Assembly (NCBI RefSeq): GCF_009914755.1
Contig: NC_060931.1
Reading direction: 5' to 3' (one strand)
Length of the DNA stretch: 64,000 nucleotides
DNA from: the human T2T-CHM13v2.0 reference genome, Homo sapiens
The position numbers were made by a program, and so were the translations under genes. The number at the start of each line of letters is the position of its first letter. Position 1 is the first letter of the stretch. Shown piece by piece: positions 29,129 to 44,856 of the stretch. Under the pieces are notes generated by a model. It was not told where the DNA came from. It was given only the letters and a program-made list of their open reading frames with translations, and did no database searches.

Positions 29129-31289
29129 TCAAAACTAAGCCAGTGAGCAATTTAAATCCTTGACATTCTGCCAATCTTAGACTCGTGAGTCTAGAACAGT
29201 ACCTGGAATGTAGAAGATGCTCCATCAATATTTGCTGAATAATAATCGAAATGCATGTAGTTCCAACTGATTAGTCAGCCAGAGAAGATTATCCATGTAC
29301 CCATCCCTTAGTTTACTGCTACTAACTGGACCACTGGCAAGCACCTCCATCCGCGTTGTTGGGGGTGGTCTTGAGCCTGGGCTGAGTGCTCATTTGAAGC
29401 TGGGGCCAATCCCGTGTTCATGGAGGATGGCCAAGGCATGACCACTGCCCATTTCTACATTTGGCCCTTTGAGGAGGAATGGAGCGTATGTGATTAGCAT
29501 CTCTCCGACTAGGCCATTTTAGATCACTCTCCAAAGGCCAAGGCATCTGCTGCTCACTCCAATAGTCACAGAGGAATGAAATATGAGCAGAAGCATTTTG
29601 AAATGGTATAGGAAGGGGGACCAGCACATTTACTGAGAGGCTGTCGTGTGTTAGCACTTTCAGATAGGTTACATGATTTAATCCTTGTTAAAAAAACCTT
29701 GAGGATACTATACCAGAAATGAAAGTGATGAAGTAGGTGTAAAATTATTATAATGTTGGCTATAACATATGCCCTTTACCCAGCCAAAAAACATTTAAGG
29801 CATATTAAACTTTGGATAAAATACTTATCTTGGGGAAAAACACTGCTTCTTCCATCTCCCTACCCAAAAATGAGCAATGTCAGATGAATTATACTCTTAA
29901 AATATACTCTTCTTCATGAAGTTTCAGGGCACAGGTGCCAAAAAATGAATATTTAAATTTCAATTTAAATGCAAACTTATTTAGCTAAAGGGAACAATGG
30001 TGTCAGTGAACTGAAGTCAGCTTTTGGAAATTCCATCAACGTCTGCAATGCCTTACGTGCGTGTAGCACGGTAAGATTACAAATGGTGCAATGAACTATT
30101 TAAGAAAAAATTTCCTTTTACTATTTCCCCTAGTTTTCTTCTTCTCTGTAAAGTATTGTTTTTAAATATTGAGTACTTGTATAAGAATAACCTGCTCACA
30201 CTGTCCTACCTAGATGTTGCAGATTATTTTCAAAGACATTGTTGTGCCATAAAGTAAGCTTGTTATCCCTGTTGGTTTAATTTAATACTCACCTTTCATC
30301 AAATAGAATATATGGCTGTTGCAATGACTACCAAATAAGTCTGTAAAACAAACACTGGTGTGAAGGTTTGTGTAACTGATGACTTCTACTTAAAGACATC
30401 AAGAGTCCTCAGCTATCTCCCTAACTATTCTATTCATTTCTAGATTCTTTGTTTCTCTTCCTTTGCCTAAGAATTTTTCTCACTGAAGTTAGTGATAATT
30501 ATATGTTTAACACATGACAACTTACTCTATGAAATATTTTTTTAGGAATCAATTATTCTTGCAAGGTTGGAAAAGGTCCTATATGCACAGAAAGTATCTA
30601 TTAAGAGGTTAAAAGTAGATCATTTTATTAGTAAAAATTTTAGTTGCTTTTTAATTTTCACTTTTTGGTTTGTCTCTATTTTAAAATTTTTCTAGAATGA
30701 ATATGTATTTTTACATAGAAAAATTATAAATAATACTAAATGGTAAGATTTAAGATGATAAACAAATACCTTTCTTGGGAAATGTGTGGAGAACTACTAG
30801 AAATGGTTTCATTCAAGCATAAAAGTTGGCATTGCCCCCAAAGTCAGGGTCCAAATGTCATCAGGAAGAACCAAAATGCCCAGGAGAAGGCATCACTGAA
30901 AAACAGACACAGCAGGTCTCTTTTTTCCTCCTCTTTCTTGGGTTTTCAAAGGAACAACCATGTACCATGCTGCTGGCCTGCTCTTGGCCCACACGGAGGG
31001 AAAGCAGCAAGGAGACATTAACAGAAGAAAATGTTGGACAATTTGAGTAAGTGAAATTTCTATAGCTTGAATATTTGTGGGAACTACCTACATTCTGCCT
31101 ACTACTAGTGAGTGACATTTTGGGGGTTTGTTAGTTACTGGGAGAGAAGGGAACGAGGAGGAGTGTCACTTTTCTCAGGCGCAGAGAGTGACTGTGTGCA
31201 GGGGCTCCTGCTTATTTAACATCCACCATAAAAATGAGTCACGGTTGTGTTAAAAAAAAATGCCACTCATCTACCACAATTTTCCCTGT

Positions 31290-31460
31290 ACCAGAGCTTC
31301 GCAAACTTGAATTTACATCAAAACAACAGCGGTCTAGTTAAAATGTGGATGTGGATCCTGCATGTCTGGGGTAGGGCCTACATTCTGCATTTCTAACACA
31401 CTCCCGGGTTATGGTCCAGGGTCTGAGCAGTGTGGACCTGGGCATGAGAACAGCACCTCT
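31290..31460. mobile_element. MER5A-like fragment
   Basis: ctggggtagggcctacattctgcatttctaacacactcccggg...tgagaacagc. Confidence 0.6.
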
Positions 31461-31836
31461 CTGAAGTTAATTGGTCCACAGAGAGCAGAGAGGGAACCCT
31501 TCAACCTGGTCTCATTAGGCTCCTGCTTTAATCAGCTGCTGGAAGGGGACCAGACTGATTGCTACAAGCAACACTGAAGGTCAAACATAAGCCTAGGACA
31601 GCACTCATAGTGATTGACATATATAATGCCCCTACAGACCAACAGAAAAATGAAAAAAAATTTTTTTTAATTAATAGGGAGGAAAAAAAAATCCTATGTG
31701 TTAATCTTAATTAGAGAGTTAAGTACAAACTGCCTAACTAGTGAGTACAGAGCAGCTCCTCAGCCTCAGGCAAAATCCTTCTAAAGAACACTGTGAGATT
31801 CCCTTTCGTGAGTAGGTGGGTCCCGGAGTCTCCTCA

Positions 31837-32220
<384 letters not shown>

Positions 32221-34243
32221 TCAGTGAGTTTGGTGCCCTGTAATCAGAACTAGAAAATGACCTCTGTACTGAAACGTAAGCCCATAGTGTGCGGCTTCGA
32301 GCTGAAATAAAGGAGTTGGGTTTGTCAAGTATGACTGTGGGAATCTTTTGTGGCTGCCTAGGATGCAGTGCTAGCTGCCTCTCATTATTCTCTCCTGCTG
32401 ACTTTTGATCTCTGCTTTTTGAGTTACATTCTATTCCATTGTAAAGCAATTCAAATACCTCAGCTGTGACACAGGTTTTTGGTTGGAAGTGGGGGTAGGG
32501 ACGGAGGGTGGGGAGGTCATCAGGTTGATGACAGTGGGTTTTAAAAATACAGAGCTGGAACCAAATCTGAATTGGTGATGCCTAATCTTGGCCTTATTTT
32601 TAAAGACAACCTCAGATGGTATTATTGGTGGGTAAGTGATTTGGTGCAAGCTTTCTGCAGACTGATTTGACGGTAAACATTTAAAAAATCATAGAATTAC
32701 ATGTATCTTTGGACTCTCCATGTCTACTGTTAGGAGAACTTCCTAAGGAAGTAGCAAAATGGGCACAAAGATGTAAATGCAAAAACAATCATAGCATCAT
32801 TATTTATAATAGTGAAACACTCTCCTTATACTAGGAACTAGTTTAATAAAATACAGCATACCCACATAATGGTACAGTGGGGGTCCTGAACACACACCAG
32901 CAGCCAAGCCACAGGCACCAGAGTGACACTTAGCTTCCTCGGATGTGCTTTCCCCCTAAACACAGCATTTACTATCAACATACTTTGAACACTACTTTTA
33001 TTTCCTATTTCTGTATTGATGTATTTACATACCCTGTGTCTCTAAAACTGCTTTCTAAATGCTACTAGGATTCTTGTCAGCTTTCACAAACCAGTCACTT
33101 TTCTTTAAGAATGCACCCCCATTCCTGACATAATCTCACTAACAATAATTGTAGGACATTAGGCAGGAACCACAAATCCAAAGGTGAAGGCTAAACTCGA
33201 TACTGCTACCTTATTAATTTGTGACTATAGTTTCACCCTAAACATTCCCTTGGGAAGGCCCAGTCAAGAAGAGGCTTTTAGAATCCATTTTTCCTGAGAG
33301 ATAAATGATGACCCTGCTTCTCTTCTGTCTCTCAAAAATCAAGTTCACCATCAAAGGCCTGCTCGCAGGTTCCTTTCTCTGTGAAGCAATTGATCCCTAT
33401 TTCTCCGGACAGCAGTGCTCTCTGGGCACCTGACTTAGCACTCACCTTGTGTGACTGGGCATGTGTCTCTCTTCCCCAGGGGGCTCTAAGCTTTCCAAGA
33501 CAGGGATCTCACCCAAACTTTGTATTCCCCAGGCTGAGCATAAAGTCTTAAATTCACGGTGCTAATTAAATGCTTGTGAATTGAATTGACTACAATTTTG
33601 CCTTGTTATCCTCATACACTTTATTTCAGTTGAAATACTTATTGCCTTTTAATACTCACGCCATGGTTCTATGTAGCTTTTTAAAATTCCTATAATTATA
33701 AGAAGGTTTTTTGTTTTTTAATACATTCCATTCCTTCTCCTCCCCACTGATTAATATGTGCCTCACTCAATTCCACAATGAATCTTTCCCTATGGAAAGC
33801 AATGTCTCATTTTTGATCTTAATCGTGTGAGGCTACTGTCACCCTTTTTACCTTGAAGTCTCAAGTCACATACAAATGAATGCATTTAGCTTAAGGCTAG
33901 GAAGAAACCAATTTGTGGTACCTGAATAATTACATGGTTGACAAAATGTACTCTTTCCTAAATAAACCTAAGTAGGCTGAAACATTTAAAAATAATTTTC
34001 GGTCATTTTAGGCACTTGTGGATCAACTTGGGGCAGCAAACAGGTTTCATTTTAGGTGCTGACTCTGATTACTTGGCAATACTTACTCAGAGGGCAGTGG
34101 AAAGAAGTGTGAGCTCCATCAGGGTCAAGGTTAGATTTTCTGAGAAGGGATGGTCATTCTTTAATTTTAAAAATTCAAATACTGAAATTAACTTACAGAA
34201 GTTTAAAATTCAGGTATAACATAGGTATCAGGTAACGCAAAAG

Positions 34244-34391
34244 GGCTGAGTGTGGTGGTTCACACCTGCAGTCCCAGCACTTTTGGGAGGTAGAGGCAGG
34301 AGGATTGCTTGATACTAGGAGTTCAAGACCAGCCTGTGCAACATAGCAAGACCCCTGTCTCTATTACAAGAAGAAAGCAAAAACAAAAAAA
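34244..34391 (+). mobile_element. Free left Alu monomer (FLAM-like)
   Basis: Left arm followed directly by an A-rich tail; TSD-like taacgcaaaa / taactcaaaa. Confidence 0.85.
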
Positions 34392-34549
34392 GATAACTCA
34401 AAATGTTCTATTAATAAGGTTTCAATTATCTGGGACTTGAGAATTCAGAGACAAAAACATTTTTATATTTACTTGCTAATTAGGTTTTCAGATGTGCCGT
34501 TAAAAACAAGGCAACTATGGAACTATGAAATTAATTAGCTGGACAGCAT

Positions 34550-35060
34550 TAACTCACTCAGCACAGATTTATGGATGATCCAACACATACGAGGCACAGT
34601 TCTTGCCACTGGAATACAGTGATGAAGAGGATAAAGGAGTTCCCCACACTTACAGAGCTTATATTCAAGCAGCAGGAGATAGAAAATAAAACATAATCAC
34701 AAACACGAAACACAAAAAAGAAAAATACCAGGCAGAGCAATGAGAGATGGGGAGTTAAGAGTGAGCGGTCAGTAGGTGCCTTAGACAAGGTAATCAGGGA
34801 AGGCATCTCTGAGCAGCTGACCATTAGGCTGAGTTCTGAATGACGATAGCCTTGGGACTATGAGAGCAGGGACCTTCCAGGCAGCAGGAACACCCAGTGC
34901 AAAAGGCCTTGGGAGTTTGGTGGACAAGGGAAAAGGTGACTGAAGAGGTGAACTGGGGCCAGATCACGTCCTATGTATAAGAATGGGAGTCGGATTCCAT
35001 TTTATGTGTTATTGGAGGCTTTTAAAAGTAGGGGAGCAATGTGATCCAATTTACATGTAT
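34550..35060. mobile_element. L2 fragment
   Basis: tcagggaaggcatctctgagcagctgaccattaggctgagttctgaatga motif. Confidence 0.7.
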
Positions 35061-35064
35061 TAAA

Positions 35065-37180
35065 CCTTTTAGTTTGAAATAATGATAGACTTACAGAAAA
35101 ATTACAAACAGTATATAGAGTTCCTGTATACATTTCCCTAACATCCCCTAGTACTTACTCTTCCCTAGCATCCCCTTATATTTACATTTTACATAATCAT
35201 GGCACAATAATCAACATTAGGAAATTAACACTGGTATAATACTATCAACTAACCTACAGCCCTTATTTGAATTTTACCAGTTTTTTCATTGACATTCTTT
35301 TTCTGTTACAGGATCCAATCTAGGGTCTCACCTGGCACCAAAACATTGAGTGTCCTTAGTTTCCTTAAATCTGTGACCGTTCCTTAGTCTTTATCTTTCA
35401 TGACTTTGACATATTTTAAGAGTACTGGTCAGATATTTTGTAGAATGTGCCTCAATTTGGTTTGTCTGATTTCTCAGAATTAGACTGTGGTTACAGATAT
35501 TTGGGAAGGATACACAATGGTGAAGTGTCTTTCTTAGTGCACAGCATCAGAGGTTACATGACATCAGTGTTCCTCATCACTCATGATGTCAAGCTCAACC
35601 ACTTGGTTAAGGAGGTATCTGCTGGGTTTCTCCACTGCAAAGTTAAGAATGTTTTTTTCCTTTTGTAATCATTACAGATCTTCGGGGGAATACATGAGAC
35701 AATGCAAATGTCCATTTTCTCCTCAAACTTTCACTCACTAATTCTAACACTCTTCAGTGAATCTCACCTGTCACAATTCTCACTGTGGTGTTTGCCTAAT
35801 GGTGATTTTGTAGTTCCCTCATTCTTTCTATTAATTAACTGAAATTATTTTATGAGAAAAAGCTGTCCCTTCTCCACCATTTATCTCTCTCTCTTCATAT
35901 AGATTTAAGGGAAATTAATTTTATTCTATGGGTTATAATTCAAAACTGTCATTATTTAGTTTGTTGCTCAAATTGTGCCAGCTTTGATCACAGGTTTGCA
36001 CCTGTGTCCTTTCAACATATCCTTTTTCAAGCACTTCCTTATGTTCTAGTGCTACAAACAATATAGGTGCATCTTGAATTTTCCCTGCCCCAATCCTAGA
36101 ATCAACCACTTCTCCAAGGAGCATTTCTTTTACTGGGAAAAGGTATTTAGAAAGCAAGATCTGGGTGCCAGATGTACTCACTGCTATGGAGCGTTAGTGC
36201 TTCTAGGTCATGTCAGCTCACAGAAGCAGGAAATATATGAATGTACACTAACCCATGCATACACCCTCATCTGCATCTATTTCTGTATGTATCTATCTGT
36301 ATAGATATTAAAAACAATGGCTTCATAGTGGCACCTTTGATGACAGTGCAACACCACAGTGTTCCTTCTAGCTTCTCCTTTTATCTGTAACTTCTTTCTA
36401 AAGTACAGAGTGAGAAACCTGGCTCTCATCATCTGCAATATCTTATCTATTCAACTTCAATATTTGCATAATGTAGTTTCAGCATTGCTAACCCATATTC
36501 CTATAAGAAACAAATTTACCAATGAGAGTACGGCTTCCATGTATAATTATTTTTGTGTTTAGCCTCAGTATCTAGTTAAAAATAATTATGTTCCAAAACT
36601 ACTGAGGTTAGTTCTTTTTTTTTCTGATTCTGATCACTGTGACAATGTTATTCATTTATAATGCAATCAGGTTCATTTGCTACTGTTTGTATTCCATTTT
36701 AGATTTTCCCACATCTGGCTGGGTTTAAGTATTTTTTGAGTCTATGAAATGTTACTATGGTTTTATGAATCAGAGCTATGGGAAGGTATCTCATAGCTCC
36801 CTCTTCACCTTTGCTCCTCCATTCTCATTCCCTCCTCTCCAACCCTTCCCCACTCCTCATCCACCACTGGTATCCAGTCTCTTTCGTTTCTGGTTTATCC
36901 TTCCTAAATTTCCTTTGCACAATGAGCAGGCTTGCTCTCTAGATATAGATATAGATATAGATGGTAAAATGTGATGCAATGTAAAAAAATGGTAATACAC
37001 ACACTCTCCATATATTACCTTTTTTTACATTTATATTTTATATCACCTTCTTGCTTGCATGAAGGATAGCATACTATAGATACGCTTTTATGTTTTGCTT
37101 CTTTCACTTAAAAGCATATCCTCCAAATCACTCCATATTAGTTCACAGATTTTCCTCATTTTTGTGTCTTTGACAGCTAC
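35065..37180 (-). mobile_element. Old L1MC-type 3' fragment
   Basis: tttgaaataatgatagacttacagaaaaattaca, aatcaaccacttctccaaggagc motifs. Confidence 0.65.
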
Positions 37181-38204
37181 ATAGCAACATCCTCAAATTA
37201 ACCACACTATTTTTAGTCTTCCATCAAAGTTGGGATCTCTTTCAAGTCCACACAGGGCAGAACTCCTCCTTCCTGTCTCTGCTGAGATGGCATGGCTCAT
37301 GTGAGCTTAGCGGGTAGACATAAAAGGGCTTATCTACCATCCACAGCCAGCTCTGCTGGCACAACCAGGTGACTGCTTCAACGGTGGGGACATTATTCTA
37401 ACCCTTTATATTACAAGATAATTATGAGCCTTCATGGTGTTCAACTATAATTCTATTAACTAATCTGAGGTGGTTTAGGGGGAAGTTTTTCCTCTATATT
37501 CTTTTAGAAACACTAATATACGTAGGAAGCATAATTTCTGTTTAGAGAATCACTATTTACAGGAAATATGCAAGCATCCTTCTTTTCTTCCCTTGTTACA
37601 ATATATATTGTTTAATGAAAAGTGGACACACCAACTTCATGTGACTTACTTAAAAAAATAAAGTTACAATTTTCTAAATTATTTTGTTTTCTACCATAAC
37701 AATGAAAATGATTCATTTCATGGTGAGTGCTAGGGGGATGGTGGGTATAGTAAGAAGGAGTTTGACCAATAGTTTCCAGAACACAAGGTTTAAGCCAAGG
37801 AAGAATCTGATCGGGTTTAAAAGTGTACTTTGATTGAAAGCAGTGCAGACAATAGGCTAGAGAAAGCAGAGGTGGAGGCAAGATCAGTGAGGAAAATGGT
37901 TAGTAAACCAAGTGAGAGACTAATGGTGGTGGCCTGAACCAAGGTAGTGGCAGAGAAGATGGAGAGAGGAAGGAGAATCTGCGAGCTATTTAGGAGGCAA
38001 AATACCAGCATTTGAGACTGACTGAATGTGGGGAAGATAAATGGGGGAGTGGCGGTCATGTGTCTTAATTTGCTCACAGATCAAGACCTGGAGGTGGAGC
38101 CCTGGAGAAGTCTTACCTCAAACACTTAGGAAATACTAACATAGATAATTTATAAAATACTGCCTCTACATACAATGATTTTGGACTTTCCTGAAGTAGT
38201 TGTC

Positions 38205-38484
38205 TTTTTTTTTTTTTTTTTTCTAAGAGATCTCACCTTCTGTCGCCCAGGCTGGAGCACAACGGCTCATTATAGGTCACTGTGATCCTCCTGCCTCAGC
38301 CTCCTGAGTAGCTGGGACTGCACATGCACGGTACCCGGATAATTTTTAAGTGTTTTTATTTTTTGTAGAGATGGGGGTCTCACTTTGTTGCCCAGGCTGG
38401 TCTCAAACTCCTGGCTCCAAGTGATCCTCCTGCCTTGGCCTCCTAAAATGCTGGGATTACAGATGTCAGACAATGCACCCAGCC
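38205..38484 (-). mobile_element. AluJ
   Basis: Poly-T then a diverged reverse dimer ending cccagcc. Confidence 0.9.
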
Positions 38485-39199
38485 TACCAAAATGATTGTC
38501 TTAATAAAATATTACTGATGTAGAAAAATGACCAATTATTAATTTGTGATTACTGAAAAGGGGTTTGGCAGCAGTCAGCAACAGAAAGACTTCCCATAGT
38601 CTAGTCTCAAAAATATATACATTATATTATTAAAATGACCTACAAATGGAAACTTAAAAATGTACAAACACATAATTGATATTTAGTATTTCAGAGATAA
38701 CTTTGTTGTTAATGCTTTTAAAACAGTGTGACTATATGAAAATATTGTTCTGTAGGAACCTAATATCCAATGCAAAAAACATTCATGAAGAAATGTTGTC
38801 AACAAAATGTCATCAACAAATCAACTGTATGTGCCTTCTGTCTCTTATCTTAAAAGGAACAAAATTGGATATCAGAGAGTGAAGATAATCACATTAAAAA
38901 AAAACCTGAAGGTAAAAAGCCCAAGATACAAACTGAGAAAACTCTTTTATAATTGGGAAAATAAATGGCATGTCCATATCCATGGGAGATCCAAACAGAA
39001 TTCTCCTAATATGATACTTGCTTTGAAAGATAAATAAGCTATGTATATTATTGGTAAAATTATTAGAGACTCTCCTCCCAACGCCTGAAGACACAGACAA
39101 ACACTCTTAGTTTCCTAAGCATATGAAATGATGTATCAAGACAAAATACCCTGCTATTTCTTACTATTTGATCAATATTCATACTGATGTCATACTTAC

Positions 39200-39272
39200 A
39201 ACATATCCTCTTTTGATAGAGTACAATTGCTTTCGATAAGTCCAGACAGGTTCTCTGAATTGAATGAAACAG
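39200..39272 (-). CDS. ICA1: ICA1 exon 4 (73 nt): LFHSIQRTCLDLSKAIVLYQKRIC
   Basis: Within ORF 39063..39293(-). Acceptor tattacag|ctg, donor gtt|gtaagt; phase 0 to 1. Confidence 0.97.
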
Positions 39273-41489
39273 CTGTAATAAAAATACAAACAAAATGCAA
39301 AATAAAACAGACAGTGGTGAGATAAAAAATAATTACATTGAACACAACCAGAGTGTTCAATTTGCCAAAAACAAGACCACATGTCTAAGTATGCTTAGTG
39401 TTATGCGGTGTACTATACAGAAACTGTGACCAAAGCCTTTAAATATCTCCTATTATTCTGTATTTATTGGAATTCATCATCTCTGTGATCTAAATTAAGA
39501 TCTGCAGAACAGTTATTTCTCCCAGTCTACTGAAATAATAGCTGAAAAACAAAAAACAGACATCCTAAGTGAAGGGCCTAGTTAGAGGACTTGGTAAACC
39601 AGAGACCCAATATTCATTCATAATCAAATTTATTCCTTTCACCACTTGCTGTGGTTTTTTTTTAATGGGGGATCTGTCAATTAAGCATATTTAAAAGATG
39701 ACGTTAACTTATTTTGTGATCCTAATGTATTTTATGGCATGCTTAAACAACTGGATAAAGCAAACAAAATCAATCAGCTGGATGTCCTGTCTATTTAGAA
39801 AACATCTGATAAAATGATGTTGGGCAAGCAGTCCCCATCACTCCTTATTTTCCCAACAATTTCATAAACCATACAGAGAGAAAATATAATGCCATGCTGT
39901 GGCCATACTAGCGGAAACTGGGGGATAGGCAGATGGGGCTGTGCTGAGAAGAATCTAACTTGATTTCAATGCGTGGCGGTTCCAGCCTTTGTTTCAGAAA
40001 CTGAGATAGCTCAAGAAAAGACAGAACAGACTTCACACTTTCTCCACCCTTTGCCCACTAACTTAGGGACCAGATATGGTATCAATGAGAAAACCTGGAA
40101 GATAAACATCTTGCCTCTGTAGAGCCACTCAGTAAGGCAGGGCAAGGTTTTCCCTCTTTCTCTCTCCTAGTTCACTGGCTATGGTGGTGCAGAAATTATA
40201 TATTGGTATCATAAAGCACTTCTACATTTGCGTGAACACAGATGATCTGTTTCATTATAAATATGACTAAATTAATAAAAACAGATGCATGCATATATAC
40301 TTAAAACATTAAACCATTTCTAGGAATGCTTCATATAAAACTTGGTTATAAAGAATATAAATTTGCTAATTCTCATTTTGTTAAATTGCATCTTCCACCT
40401 GTTTAGTAAAGAGCCATAAAACAAAAGAGAAAATCAGCAGTCTGAATCTGTCCCTTAGCAAGTGTTTTATATCAGTATTCTGGATCAAAACCCACTAACA
40501 CATAGTATTTCCTGAATATAGGAGCAAGGACGTTCAAAAAGTATGTTTAGGAGTTGTTCTGTTGTTACTGTTCACTTTTTAAAAATTGAGGTATAAATTA
40601 AATGCACTACAGTGCACAGCTCTGGAGTGTTCAGTTCTGTGAGTTATGACAATTATATATACTAACATAATCATGCCCAAGGCAAGATAAGAAACATTTC
40701 CATCATCTAATCAGTCCACTCTGCTGTGGCACAGTGACTCTGGCAAGAAGACTTCTGTCAGCAGAGATTACTTTTGTCTGTTATTGTACTGAAGAGCTGT
40801 TTTTCAGAAAAGGATTTCATTAGCAAGCAACGTGGACAAATATTAAAACTCAGCGCAATATTTCTATATTAACTTTCCAACAGATTGCAATAGAATCTGA
40901 CCAATATTATAGCTTGGAACACAAGTTTTCTGTGCCAGAAGAATAAAACTTCTTGGTTTATAAGTTAGCCTTCTATGGATAACTCAAGGTACGAACATCA
41001 AAGAGGTTTTCACATCATTTTTGTATATTTCATGGATGGAATCCATCCTCTCTATAAACATCAACATCAGTATTAACATTTCTGCAACAGAAACCTCTAT
41101 CATGTGCTAAATTATTTGTCACAGCTAAGTACAATGGATGCTACATACCTAGGACAGCAGCTATTTTGATTAAGGTACATTTGGTTCAGCCAAAATATAA
41201 TGTTTAATATATTTGTAATTAACATATTAAATTACCTTTTGAATAATGCATGTATTTACTAGGTTCTTAAGAAGAAAATACTATGAGATATAAAAAGCAT
41301 ATATGCTTATAATAATTTACACTGTACTTAGAATATAACAATCGAAACAGATGCTTCCTGGTTCTACTTTCCTCCATTGCAGAAATCTCCATTAGAACAT
41401 CCTTGTCAAACCCAGTTTCTATTTCAAAATTTCCAATTGCAGAAGGAAAGGGCTGAGAACTGATATTAATTGCACTAACACATACCCTT

Positions 41490-41970
41490 ATTCAGTTGGT
41501 ACTTATTGAATGTGTATTCTATGTGTGGCTGGGGATACGTCGTGAATAGGCTAACATGGAATTTGATCTCATAGTGGAGGGAAGGTGGGCAAACAGATGA
41601 ACACCTGAGATAATTCAATGAGAGATGAGTACTACGAATAAAATAAAACATGGCCAGGTGTTAGACAGTGAGCAGGGGTGGGGTAGGTGGGGAGCAGGGG
41701 TGGACAGGCAGTGACTCGAAACAGCGTGACCTTTAGGCTGAAACCTGAACTATGAGAAGGGAAGATGTGGGGAAACAGTGTCCAGGTGGAAGCCAGCAAA
41801 TGCTCTGATGGGTGTGAACTTGGCTGGTTGTGGACTGAGAACTGAGACAAGGCCATCATAGCTGGCTGGTGGTGAGGGCAATGTAAGCGTGTGGGAGAGA
41901 GGAAATGCAGGATGGGGAGGCAGGGCCAGTGGGTCAGGAGCTTTGCTATGTACTAGAGATACCATATGGA
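41490..41970. mobile_element. L2 fragment
   Basis: ttattgaatgtg...gtgacctttaggctgaaacctgaa...ggaagccagcaaatgc. Confidence 0.6.
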
Positions 41971-43146
41971 ATGCAGTCTAAATGGTTCCTGAGACATAAA
42001 ACACACTCATAAACATTAATTATTAATAAACATTAGTCATGTTTATAAATATGTTAGTATAATATTTATAAACACTAATAAACCTTAGCCATCACTCTGT
42101 TACCTACTTTAATCTTGATAATAGCTGTAATAAGTAGGTATTAATATCTCTATTTCATGCATTAAGAAAACGAGGATATGAGAAACTGGGTATAGTTCTC
42201 CTAAAGTTACAGCAGATAGTAGGTACAATAGTAGCCCAGATCCATCTCACAGGGTTAGTCCTAACCTCAAAGGCAGCCCAGTTCTCACGGGGCAGCCTTA
42301 ACATTACAAAGTTCTTCCTGGGTCTGGTCTACCCTCATGTGCTTAGAATCAATCTCATCCCTTTTCACATGACAGTAATTGACAACTAACATTTCCCCTT
42401 AACCCTCTCTGATGTAGAATAACTATGGTTTCCACCATTCTGGACACTCCGAAAACTTTTTGAAATCTTGGGCTTTTTTAGTCCCATTAAATGTTCAGTT
42501 CATTAACCTTAGTGTATATATTAAAATCTGAGTTCATTTTGAATCCTTATCAGACCATCTAAGATATTATTCCTCTCAGTGCCCTGTTATTTATAGAAAT
42601 GATAGGTATGCTTTCAAAATTTTAATCTAAACTATTGGCAGAAATGTCCAGCAAGACAGGGAGTTAGTTAGTGGGCCTTCTTATATTAATATGCTAGATC
42701 AACCATATCTAAATCCAGCTTACTATATTGTTAACTAGTCTAACTAAATATCTCCTTATTCATTTTAGAATTTTCCAGGGTCCAATACAAAACTTATTAG
42801 ACTCTACTTTCCACGACGTTTTACCTGAGTTCTTCTTTTAAAAAAATTTAACATTTGCCAGATTCTAGTGTTCTAAATCTGACTCCTCAGCTCTGACCAG
42901 CAAGCAGCAGCTCTTTGACTGCATTCCTTTTCCCAAGAAACGCTTACTGAGAATTTACCACAGGCAATACATGGCGACTATGTTCTTAAAATACAGAGTA
43001 ACTGAGGCATGGTGGTTATGTGAGAATTTGCAGGTTTTAATAAATATGCTGGGATTGAGTTTACCTAATCCTAGATTTTCCTCATTTTCAAATACAAAGC
43101 ACACCCAGCTCTGCCTCAGTGAGTATACTCTAGGACCTTGATCCTA

Positions 43147-43377
<231 letters not shown>

Positions 43378-43819
43378 TTATTCACACCTTTCATAAAGAT
43401 TAAGATATTTTAGTGTGAAATGATTTCTTTAAACATGACTTTCCATTATGCATTTACATTTACAACATTGATAAACGTATGAGCACTTTCTTATCTGGGT
43501 GTTACACCAAGGAAGTTCATCAACTCTTTCTGACTCAAAAACCTTAAAAGTCAGAGTGGAGAAATTTAGAATCTTTTGCAGGAAATAAAGAAACTAACCC
43601 TTGAAAAGAATGTAGATATAACAGACTAAGCACACCCCTTTTAGAGGTGGAGACAGTGAGATCAAGCCAGGCAGGGTGACTGGCCCAAGTTACCTCAGTG
43701 AGTCAGAGATAAAGCCAGACACCAACACACTCTCTCCACTCTAACACTACAGCCAACACTGAGGTGATGGCAGGAAAGCAGAGATAAGAGGCTGAAGAAC
43801 AGCATGCCTAAGATCTGTT

Positions 43820-44403
<584 letters not shown>

Positions 44404-44539
44404 ATTGGTTGCAGGCTTCTGATGTTAAAAACTTTAAACTCTTCCATATAAATGCTTAAAATATAGATGAAAAGCCATTTTTCAGGAGGATCACAGTGAA
44501 GAGCAAATCAAAAAGTATGTGGAGAAAAAATTAGAAACT

Positions 44540-44856
44540 GGCCGGGCATGGTGGCTCATGCCTTTAATTCTAGCACTTTGGAAGGCCCAGGCAGGAGGAC
44601 TGCTTGAGGCCAGGAGTTTCAGATCAGCCTGGGCAACATAGTAAAACCCCATCTCTACAAATAATTAGTCAGGTGTGGTGGCACAGGCCTATGACACAAA
44701 GCTACTCAGCAGACTGAAGTGGGTGGATTGTTCAAGTCCAGGAGTTTGAGGCTGCAGGGAGCCGTGATCACACCACTGCACTTCATCCTGGGATACGGGG
44801 CGAGACCCTGTCCCTCAAAAAAGAAAAAAGAGAAGAAAAAAGAGAAAAGAAACAAA
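44540..44856 (+). mobile_element. AluJ
   Basis: Diverged dimer with A-rich tail. Confidence 0.9.
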
